From positions 434,001 to 498,000 of the forward strand of contig NC_027217.1 of the NCBI RefSeq assembly GCF_000981445.1: a stretch of 64,000 nucleotides of DNA, given 5' to 3'. Shown here piece after piece: positions 38,550 to 49,066 of the stretch (the stretch's first letter is position 1; the number at the start of each line of letters is the position of its first letter). A program made the translations under genes and the position numbers. The notes under the pieces were generated by a model. The model was given only the letters and a program-made list of their open reading frames with translations. It was not told the origin of the DNA and made no database searches. The DNA comes from Babesia bigemina. Taxonomy: Eukaryota.

Positions 38550-40271
38550 GAGTTTAATATTTGTTCCAAATATAGCCTTCGCGTGCTCGTTTGTAACTCA
38601 CTGGTGCACAGTGCCAAGGCGATCTGTTATGGCGGTTGCGTAGTATTTGGTTCTTAGGTTCCATGAGTGGCTGAGTCTAACCTGGGTCGATTTCGGTGTT
38701 TAGCCAGAGCTACTACGTTAGTGTTGCAATGCCAAACACCTGCATAGATGTAGGGTTGAGTTTATGAGATGATGTGAGATTGTCGTGCCTAATGCTTGGA
38801 AGTTGTGGATTTATGACCGCTGATACCGTCAAGTATTTGCTTAATGGTTCTACCAAGGCTTTACTTATGGTATTTAGCGCATATGTAGAATCAATAGCAC
38901 GAGTGCGACTAATTTAAAAGCGCCGCCAAAGGAAAGCCGATGGCAACGACCGCGGTATCACCTAGTCCGCATGGTACTTCTCTCGCCATGCAGTGGAACG
39001 TCTGAATTGCGCTTAACAATGCAGTAGTGTATACCGTAATTTGGCTACGCATCAATCTTCCACCGATTGTCTGAGTTTACAGGTGCATTCAACATTCGAA
39101 GCGTAAATCAACCGCCATAACAAGGCCATCGGCATATGGTGGAATACGCGGTTGTGCAATAGGACTTTTGACGCGTCCCCATTATATACAACAGTGACCA
39201 TCGGGCTATCTCCAAGTAATCTACCGTCATATCATCGGCAAATGACGACAGCAGCGCTGGTGCAACCGGCGTCAGACGCGACTTGCCAACAAATGCACTG
39301 ACATCCTATTTCATGGCGCATCTGCAGCAGTGGCTCACATTTTCTTATGAGTTTGCTGAGTTTTTTTGGAGTGGACAAATGGTTGGTAAGATACTGTACC
39401 AAATACTCGTTGAAATGGTCTGTCCTTGACAACACCGCCCACGGAGGCCTGTGAAGCTATTGAGCGGGTACAACATGTTCGGTGCTAGACAGTAGAAAGC
39501 CGTCTCTCCCGTATCAACAAGTTTACGCACTTCCAGGCGTGATGTTAATCTTACACTCCACCTTCCCGACTAACGCGCACAGCTCACCTCACATAAAACC
39601 TATTCCTTTAAACAACTTAACACCTAATGCAACTTGCGCTTTTAGTTGTTGTGTGCCTAATTGCGGCGGCTTGAGCTGTAATAAACATGCTCACAGCGGT
39701 TTATGATGCTCCATAAGTGATCATCGGTGGTGTCTCAGAAGCGCCATCCCGGGTATGGCAGCAGGCTATCTCTAACGTGAGTCAATAGCGTATTTTAATT
39801 AGTTCGGCGGCTCAATGATGCATACCGGCACACTTATTGGGCGACTCAATACGTAATACAGGGGTATTTTCCGACGTGGCGGCCACTGGAAGGAGAACAC
39901 CCTTTAATCTGCTTGTTACAACCTGTCGTACAATGTCAGGTTCTGATGTGCCAATACAAACATAATAAGAATCATAGGTTCACTATGTACCCTTACCGTA
40001 TAGAACTTATATACTGCGATGACATGCGTTTAGGAAGCTGCATGCCACTATCCCACTAAGGTAGCTGCGAAATGCGGATATTCCATTACTGCGTTACCTT
40101 CTACCCATTGGACGCGTAGAATGTGCTGAATATGTACGCTATTTGTGTGTTTTAGATGTCGAGAGCACTTTTGTGTATTTTCTAAGGCAGCTGTTTAAGG
40201 GCTCAGAGCATAAGTAGATTCAACATTTCATACACCAATAGCAGGCGCATCAACAAACGCATCGTCACAAA

Positions 40272-41267
40272 ATGGTGTACAACTCGTTGACTGATGCTCC
40301 TCACAACCTCAAGGAGGGCATTGACTGGTTGATTGCCCTTAAGGGAACTAATGCTGAGAGCAATTTCAAGGCTATGGCTGCCGCGGTGCACAAGTTTCTT
40401 GCAGACAAGCCCGTTGGCAAGATGGATGTACCTGCTCTCAATAAAATAAAATCCATTTTTAAAAAATTCATAGGACAAAGTGCGCTTAATAAACACTCAT
40501 TCGTGAGAAGACTGCTGGGCAGATTCGAAAGGAAAATGAGTACGAAAGTCAGCTTATTCCATAAACGCTTTGGAAGTCTCGACCCAAGCGATTGTGAGAA
40601 CGTCATAGAGGCTACAGGTGTGAAACCTGAACACATCGCAGTGGAGTTGGCAAAAGCTGTGGATGGGTGTGAGAAGTTCTTGGGAAACATCAAGGCTTCT
40701 GACCATTATGAATCTGCTTACAGTTCAAGAGCTACGTGGGATTCATCATGCTCGAGAAACCCAGAAGCTTGCGCAGTGGTTCTCGTGGGAATTGCGCCAA
40801 TTCTATACACAGGTCTACGGTCCCTGAAAGAGGCCAGTGCGAACGTTGCGAATCGTCAATGGCTAGTTAGTTATACGGAAATGCATCTCAAAAATGTGAT
40901 GAAAGCTGTTGGATACAAAACAGACGAATGTCGCTCTGGCATTAGTGGATTGGACATATTTAAGACGTTACGTAATGTGAAATACGATATTTTGAATTCA
41001 ATATACAGCCTCGCTGGATTTTGGGCCTTCTACGGATTTGATAAAATGGGAGATCTAGTAGTTGAAATAACCAAAGACCGTAAAGCTGTGCCAGCCGTTG
41101 ACGGTAAAGGCAAACAGCCTGTTATCCCCGAAGCTGAACCATCCGTCGATCCTGTGAAACCTGAAGTTGGTGAGGTTGAACAGCCTGTAAAGGTTGCAAA
41201 AGCTGCTAAAGTGGCGAAATCTGGAAGGTCTGGCAAGAAAACTACCAAGGTCAGCCAGAACAAGTAG
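40272..41267 (+). CDS. Short ves-like (VESA N-terminal homology, ves2-type) protein with a Lys-rich tail
   Basis: Start MVYNSLTDAPHNLKEGIDWLIALKG resembles the Babesia VESA N-terminus; YESAYSS.ATW..SC...PE.CAVVLVGIAP block shared with 44533-45513. Confidence 0.8.
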   Translation: MVYNSLTDAPHNLKEGIDWLIALKGTNAESNFKAMAAAVHKFLADKPVGKMDVPALNKIKSIFKKFIGQSALNKHSFVRRLLGRFERKMSTKVSLFHKRFGSLDPSDCENVIEATGVKPEHIAVELAKAVDGCEKFLGNIKASDHYESAYSSRATWDSSCSRNPEACAVVLVGIAPILYTGLRSLKEASANVANRQWLVSYTEMHLKNVMKAVGYKTDECRSGISGLDIFKTLRNVKYDILNSIYSLAGFWAFYGFDKMGDLVVEITKDRKAVPAVDGKGKQPVIPEAEPSVDPVKPEVGEVEQPVKVAKAAKVAKSGRSGKKTTKVSQNK

Positions 41268-42277
41268 CAGAAACAACTAAAGCAACTGTAGTTCGCTGAG
41301 CAGTGAGTGGCAGTCTTACGAGTACTCACCAGTCATTTGTAATTTAAAAATCTGGTGATGCCCACAAAAACGTATGCACTTTTAGTGCACAATACTGCTC
41401 TCGAAGAAATACAGTAATCACGGTCATGGTTTTATAAACAACTTTGCTTGTAGCGCAATTCGCTGCTTGGTTGTTACTGTGTCGAATCCATTTATCTTGG
41501 TATACCAGACGTTTTATGTATGGCCTCACTTTAAATCACGCTGCCGACTGCCTTGCAGCTCTGGTGAATGACGGAAGAGTGCAGTTTGGTACTAGATTTG
41601 TAGCTTGATAGTTACAGAAATGCAGCCCACATTTGTGCAAGGCGCACTACCCTCAGCACGTATCACTTATAAACTCAGTCTTTATCGCATCCAATCTATA
41701 TAGTGCGCGTGTTAATATCAAGCGCGGAAAATCAAACATGAAGCTGCTGTTTATGAGGTGGGTCATACGGCTGTAGGTTTCATGAATCGTACAACTGCCA
41801 TGCTTCATGAAGCGCCGGTAGAGGCAGTCCTAGCGTCAAAGGCGTCACGCCTCAGTATACGGAACCCTAACCCCTTAGCCACGCTCGACAAAACCACGTC
41901 ACATTGGAGGGGTATTTCGCGCACCGTCCCACACTTCATGCGCTACAAACTGTCTTTTTACAGATGTCGCGGCAATACTCACTAGAGGACGCTGCCCTCG
42001 CTACCAGCACGTTGGTTACTTCCACGACACGGATGGGCACCTTCAGGTGGCGCAATAATTAATGCAGTGACGTGTCATTTGTCACCACGTGATGATTTCC
42101 ACTGAACATTTGCGATAATTTTGCGGGCACCCAGTCTACCACCCTCATCGTGTACCCGTCCATATCTGGGAGCACCATGTTCGTTGCGTGGCTCATAGGG
42201 TGTTAACTGAGCGTTTTACATTACCCTCTATTATATAAAAGAGCAACAGAGCCTTTTGTTAACGTAATAGCATAATA

Positions 42278-42399
42278 GGTTGCCGGCACCGAAAGGGGTT
42301 CCCGGGCGGTCCCCCACCCCAGTACTAACCCGGCCTAGCGCCGCTTGACTTCGGAGTTCGGATGGGATCCGGTATTTTCGACGCAGTATGGCCGGCAAC
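42278..42399 (-). rRNA. 5S rRNA
   Basis: Minus strand GTTGCCGGCCATAC...GATCCCATCCGAACTCCGAAGTCAAGC...GTTAGTACTGGGGTGGGGGACCGCCCGGGAA...GCCGGCAAC; perfect 9-bp helix I; ~120 nt. Confidence 0.97.
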
Positions 42400-42470
42400 A
42401 CGAAGTTGCCAAATCGTCAATACACTATAATTAAGTATAACTATTTTGACAACAGGGGTGCTATAAACTC

Positions 42471-43763
42471 ATGCATGAGGTCGATCATATCGGTACTTTG
42501 CATGGCCGTTACTCCAAATTAAGAAAGATGATTGATGAATATCGTGCATTAACTAGAGGCCTGAAAAGGAAAAACCTAACACGGGAGAGGTATGCCGAAT
42601 TGCAGAACGCTTTGACGAATCTAGAAGAGTAATTCAAAGGCATAGGACAGGCAGCATCAGGCATCTTTGCATTCAACAGTGTGGCCTACTTAAGAGAAAC
42701 GATCAGACAAGTAAGAATATTCATTCGAGAACACACGGATCAAAGGTCTACGCAGTCTGACGATAAACGGACAACGGGGCTAGGCGGCGGCAAAGCAGCA
42801 GCATTAGAGTCAAATACGGCGGGAGTTACACGAGGTCATCCAAACGATCTGTATCGAAATGCCCCTAGATCTGACGAAGGTAATGAAACTATGCGAGAAT
42901 TACTCAATGATGGCTTTCTGCTAGAGACGTTGGGAGAGGCTCAAGCAATTGCGAAAAATATAGAGGCACTGTTAAACGATCCTGTGATAAGTGACATTAA
43001 TTTCTACGCAGTAGGTAGTGGGTTAGATCCATACGATGCGACAATTCTCAATATTCAACGTGATTACGATTTGTATTATGACGAATTGAAGGACCTGGTA
43101 AATGCGTGGGATATATACTAGCGTTACGCATATAACAATGATATGTTGCGAGAGATGGATCTGAAATCCACACAAGCATTCGAATTATAAGGAGAGCAGC
43201 GGCAGCTGGAGGTAGCCTTCGAGGAGTACGGAACCCTTGTTGACGCCAAATCTCTGACAACTGATAGTTGGGATTTGTTGAATATGCTGCATAATCTGAA
43301 GTGGCTCAAAGGCAAGATAAACAGAACACAAGATGGCGATACTGTGAGCACACCCTTACGACAGACACCTGAGTCGCAGGTAACGACACTGCAGGAACCC
43401 GATTACACAACTGGAGCAAGCCAGCGTAGCGAAGACATGACGTCAGAAACGATATCGGATGACAACGCATCATCACCTGATCCAGCCATTCAAGATGAGG
43501 CCACGCCCACACCAGAACCAAACCAATCTAAAGAGCCCAAGCCAACGGATGTGAAGGAACCCACACCACCGCCGGTAGCAACCGACTTGCAGATGATAGC
43601 TGTAGGAGATGTCACGGATGAGTTATGCGGGCCACAAGAAACAGGTAACTTTCCCAACACGATGCGTAACACGAAGCGTGATAGTGATAAATCGGGGATT
43701 GTTGCAATGGGGACTATGGTTATTCAAATCATGGTAGCAACAAATATAATGGTGGCTCTATGA
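42471..43763 (+). pseudogene. Disrupted surface-protein gene (helical region, S/T/P-rich stalk, C-terminal GPI-like hydrophobic signal)
   Basis: One reading frame interrupted by TAA 42630, TAG 43119 and TAA 43188; ends SGIVAMGTMVIQIMVATNIMVAL. Confidence 0.7.
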
Positions 43764-44532
43764 GTTACAATTGCCTTGCCACTGTGCTAAGCTGTCGTAA
43801 TGTGTTGGTTATCGACTGTGTTAATGGACAACTGATTTGTGAGTTGCTATGCGTCGGTGAGACGGTGATTGCTCATACTAGGAACTCACTGCCTGAGCGT
43901 TTTTATCATTGTTTGCGTTGTATGAATAGTTATGCTGCATAGGGTGTTACATGGGACTTCCACTGACCTGCTCACAGCCATCTAGCGCATCTCTGCATGG
44001 CATGGGAAGGAGCGATCCCCGTGGCATATAACCGCAGTAGCTGCACCAACAAAGAGCACGTAAACATTTTGGGCGCAATAACAACATGCATATTCAAAAA
44101 GTAACTATGACAAGACATTGAGTCGCTCTGCGATACTAGATACACTGCGTTCATACGCACTGGAATCAACAGGTATTCTGCGTTGAAGTAATGGGTATGG
44201 CGCCGAGCCCAGCAAAGCGGCATCTACCCATCATAAACATTTGGAAACTAAAAGAAGTGCACAACGTGATCAATCAACTGAGGGTGTCTACATCATGTTG
44301 GATATATGGACATTAAAGCGACTAGGTTGAAACAACACGCAAAGTTGCGTCCTGAATACCATACAGGGGACACCAAGAACTATTTGAGCTTATATGGAGC
44401 ACGCAGAGTGATGGCTGTGCATTGCATACACAAGGATTGTTATCACTACACTTGGTGCATTAGAGATGCGTCCAGAATGCCAGTCTTGCCACGTCACTCG
44501 TAAGCCGGACTCAGGATATTCCATTGTTGATC

Positions 44533-45513
44533 TTATTTCACAGCTTTTCTGCGTCTTCCTGATTTTTCGGATTTTCCATGTTTCCCAGATTTCCCGGATT
44601 TTCCATGTTTCCCCGACTTTCCTGATGTTTTACCTTTCGCACTATTGCCTGCTTTTACAGGCTCTACAGATTTTTCAGCTACTAAAGCTTCTTCAACTAC
44701 AGGTTGTGCAGCATCTACAGGTTGCTCAACTTGCCCATCCTGCACAACATCAGATCCATAGAAAACGTCAAATCCGGCAAGATCATACGTATTATGTAGT
44801 AAATCGTCATCCAACCCTTTAAAATTCTTGAATAGCTTGGAGCCATTTATGTCAGCGCGGCATTGAGGCTGTATGTAACCCAAGGCTCTCAACACCTCCC
44901 CAAAGCTCCTTGACCCCGCGAACCGGTGGAACTCTCCAGTTTTAGATTCGGTTGTACCCCATAAAGATATTAACCCTGCGTACAACATTGGAGCAATACC
45001 CACGAGAACTACAGCGCAATCTTCTGGGTTCTTTGCGCAGGATGCTTCCCACGTTGCTTCTGCACTGTAAGCAGACTCGTACTGGTCAGGGTTTTTGATA
45101 TCATCCAAGAGCTTCCCAAAACCATCCATAACATTGCTTAAGCAGTCTTTGATGTATTCAGGTTCGGCCCCCTTGACTCCTACGACGCGTCCATACTCAT
45201 CAAATTGTCTATGCCAATAGCGCCTAAACTCTGTATTTGCGGTTCCATCCACAGGGTTAAATTTTTCAAGCACCTTTTTCACTAACATATTATCTCTCAG
45301 CTCCGGCTTCTCTAGAAATTCCTTAGAAATGCACTTAATTTTATCGAGAGACGGCAACGGATTATTTCCAGCAGAGTGTTTTGAAAACAGATGGTGGAGT
45401 GCGCCAACCATAGCCTTCAAGGTGCTCTCGCCACTAGTTCCCTTAAGAGCCATTAACCAGTCAATGCCCTCCTTGACGTTGTGAGGAGCTTCAGTCAACG
45501 AAGTGTACACCAT
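44533..45513 (-). CDS. Short ves-like (ves2-type) protein, paralogue of 40272-41267, with a GK(S/H) repeat tail
   Basis: MVYTSLTEAPHNVKEGIDWLMALKG...YESAYSAEATWEASCAKNPEDCAVVLVGIAPMLYAGL...LAGF. Confidence 0.8.
   Translation of the reverse strand: MVYTSLTEAPHNVKEGIDWLMALKGTSGESTLKAMVGALHHLFSKHSAGNNPLPSLDKIKCISKEFLEKPELRDNMLVKKVLEKFNPVDGTANTEFRRYWHRQFDEYGRVVGVKGAEPEYIKDCLSNVMDGFGKLLDDIKNPDQYESAYSAEATWEASCAKNPEDCAVVLVGIAPMLYAGLISLWGTTESKTGEFHRFAGSRSFGEVLRALGYIQPQCRADINGSKLFKNFKGLDDDLLHNTYDLAGFDVFYGSDVVQDGQVEQPVDAAQPVVEEALVAEKSVEPVKAGNSAKGKTSGKSGKHGKSGKSGKHGKSEKSGRRRKAVK
44560..44635 (-). repeat. 9-bp coding tandem repeat encoding GKSGKHGKSGKSGKHGKSEKSG
   Basis: Recurrent GATTTTCC/CATGTTTCC units on the plus strand. 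Confidence 0.85.
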
Positions 45514-46878
45514 TTTGAAAAATGAGTTTAACTATGCAGCTACTATTCCCCAATGGAGCTTGGTCTATTTGCAGGCCGATCTGCAAAAATATGACTTATA
45601 TTCAACAATAATCAAGGCAAAGGGGCAGTTTATACCTAATAAATAAGCTTCCAATTTAAATTTAGCAAGATTAAGATATGCGAAAGATACCTATGGCAAA
45701 GGGAGCGATCACACAGATGCCCCACCTCGCCCATCTTGATACCATTGACGCGGCATGCAGTACAACCAGCGCGAGTCATTGTAAGCGTATATATGCGGCA
45801 CTAGTCGCCCATACTAGGCTTATAAGTGTTGTTGCAACTTTGGACAAACGTTGAAGGTTAAAATGTTACCATAGGTTACGGGGAGCATTTCGCAACGTAT
45901 ATGCAGTCTAATGGCGCCTTCTTACTATTTAGACAGCAGTCTTCTGGTGAGGCATGTATACACTGCTTCTACCGCCTTCCGTGATTGGCTTAATTGTTTC
46001 TCGCTTTCAGTGGTTGCAGCAACGTTGGTTGCAAATGCTTACTGACACATTAGGGCTGCACGCTATGATATGTTATCTCCTGCTTCTCAAAGCGCTGTTG
46101 ATATCAACTGTGATATGCGGTTGCTATGGAATCCAGCGCACTGCCGTGTCTGGGACTGGTGTGTAAGCGGGTGATGTTGTGTGTGAATATCCCGGCATTT
46201 CATAGCTTGTAAAATAATGCCTTGTTTTGAGCACTTGATGTACGGCTTCAACCTGCAGATGCTTTGTTTCAAACCCTGCGACTCCACGACCACGCGAAGC
46301 AGACTGAGAGAATCATCGGTTTTGTTGTCGCCCTGAACGCCCGAAGTCTTGAGCTTCGGTTGCCCACGTTTCCATACAGTGTTACTGTATGCCAATATGG
46401 CTGATATGAATTTTAACGGAAGGTGATTCCGCCAGTTCGGTCCAACAACTTCCAACCGTATGTCTACAATGCTAATGCGCTAACACATGCCTCTGTGATG
46501 TACAACACTGAATCGAGACGCAGCTTTACAAAAATTCGGATGAAGACGCAAAACGTCGCTTATAGCAACCCAAACAAGTATACAAATTTTGTACACCCAC
46601 CTGGATGATTGCCCAATCCCAAACCCAGCATGGCGCTCCCGAGCTATAGGCATGGGTTATAACCTATCTTACTCACGAATTAATTATGCCATGAACTATT
46701 TTATTACATTACCTTAGTGTTGCCGTGGAGGTGGCATAGGTGTGTAATATCACAGTTGTATATACGACAGTTTCATGAATCTATTATACATCCCGCTGCA
46801 TACGCCTCATCAGCACATTAAATCACTGCTGCACTGCATTCCATCATATAGTAACCTGTGATTGCATAGATGCGATAA

Positions 46879-47616
46879 TTACGATGTAACAATGTTCGCC
46901 CATGGAGTCATTGAAGTAGTCGATGTCGTAGCAAGGTAGGAGTATCCTCTTCCAGTGAACGAGTATTGTCGTGACGTGGATGAAGTGAAACGCGTTGGTA
47001 GTCGAAACAATTGGGAACATGGCAGAACATTCAAGAAGTGAAAAATCGTGTAGTCAAAGACGAGGGGGTAGAGGGCATGCGAATGGTAGATAGTTGGCAA
47101 CAATTGTGGATGGCGATGGAAATGACCCAAGTTGTCTCCAAATTGCTTATGTGGACTCTTCAGATGGTCATGCGTTGAGTTGAGAGACTCGGAACCACGG
47201 ATGCCACAGACAGTATCTAGGCCGGTGCCATCAAGACGGTCCCATTCGGGACTGTTGGGATGTGAAGTGGAAAGAGAGATACCCAGTAGAGACAACGACT
47301 TCAAAGCATAACCGTGCAACTCTATGCCAAAATCGTGAAAGAACGAGACCAGCTCCCCGGTGGTACTCGGCGTCAGCCTGGTTAAGCAGTTGAGGTAGGA
47401 GGATAACGTCAGCAAAGGGTCACTATTGCCGCAGCAGAAAGTGAGGATGGTGGAAAGGATGCTGACAGTTTGTTGACTACTTGGTAAGTCTGTCTCCTTG
47501 AATCCCATCCTGATCCTGCTCTTGTGGCACAGGTTGCACGGGTCGAAGGGGTTAGTGTAGTAGGCGGAGTCCCAGCTTCCAATGAGACCCCCTGATGAGC
47601 ATTTTACAAAATGCAA
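46879..47616 (-). pseudogene. Internal fragment of a ves1-type variant antigen gene
   Basis: CHKSRIRMGF...DPLLTLSSYLNCLTRLTPSTTGELVSFFHDFG resembles a recurring internal VESA1 block; there is no proper start and similarity decays downstream. Confidence 0.65.
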
Positions 47617-49066
47617 ACCCTAACTGGACATCTATCTATTACGAACTTTCCCCCACCATTCGCTGAGAAAATATCTTGCTGGCTCCTACATTCCACATAC
47701 CGTGATTCAAAGTGTTAAGTAGTGTTAAAATTGCAGGATCTCAGAAAGTTTCGGCACAACTGCCTAGACACCAAAACGATACATGCCCCCACCTGTTAGC
47801 ACAATGACATCAGGCCGACGGCACCCACTAGCTGAATTGGCTACGGAACACCATCGATTGACACGTATAACCACATCTCTGAGATTTGTTTTTCGTGTTA
47901 TCGTGCTGTTCAGATGAAGCTAGCCAATCCAGTGCAATGTCTCACGTTCCCACCCGAAAGGTCGGGCCTCTTGTTGAGCCAAGGGGTGTCGGGCGTATTT
48001 CCAAGTTGTCTGATATTTACCTTAGTCGGACCATATTGACATGTTTATGACGCGTAATATCCCATCGTGGATAGCCTGGTACTTCTACCTTGCCTAGCCC
48101 ATCACGGTGCAGGCTGTGGGTGGGCCCGGTGTCGGCTAGAGCAGCATTTCGCAATCGCCCGTATGATCATATGTGCCTTTACAAAGCATGTATTGTGATT
48201 CTCTGCGCACATACAAGGAGTAGAGGAACGTATTTCCCGCTCCCATTTTCATAGATTGTCCGACGGCAGTCACTGCCGCCGCAGCAGCTCATCCACTTTA
48301 ACGCGCTAGCTAGACTGCACTCCGAGATTTCATGTACCGTTCGTTGTTGCGTGTGAATGGCATGGCCGAGGTTTCGAAATGTGAGCAGTGCTACGAGTCT
48401 CCTTAGCTCACCTTACTCATCTTGTCAATAAATTGTGAGCAACAAAGAGATGATGAATCGCAATTCAAATTAAGCACATTATACGCACTTCCTCCGAATT
48501 ACACCAACTACAACCACGTGGCACCTTCTCATTATAACCCTGGGTTATCAGCAGCAAGTACAACAGCCTACCACAATGCCATCTGGCCAGTGGAACAGAC
48601 CAAAAGATCGACCAACATGGACTATGACAATTAAAGTGGCTGGTTGCCAAACAAGTTATTGCACCACAGTTACCAATTCTTTGGCGTAGTAGTTCTCGAT
48701 CTGGATGGTAGACAGCACTATGCCCTTGATGGTGATACAGATACACAAAGGGTGGAAGCATGGAGACATGGTGAGGGATCTGAAACAAAACCATTTAGAG
48801 CAGCACACAATGTCCAAATCGGTATATTATCTGTTGAGAAACATGAAACACAGCGAAGATTGTAACTCTGTGAATGACCCTTTGTTCTCACGGGCTGAAT
48901 GCAGTGCACAAGGGACTAAGTGGCTTAAAACAAGCAATTGACATCAATGGCGTGCCCAGGTACTATCTGCGAAGGAGTAGCATGAGAAAGTCGTATCCTA
49001 CTGTGTTGCATACAGTCCAGTGTGAAAATTGAGGCACACCTGAACAAGCGGCACCTTATTATGTTT

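Noticed and set aside
41860..41880. AACCCTAACCCCTTAG telomere-like sequence
   Set aside because: Only about two degenerate units; not distinguishable from chance.
48422..48941. Short ORFs in the island tail
   Set aside because: No motif, start context or coherent splice model supports a gene.
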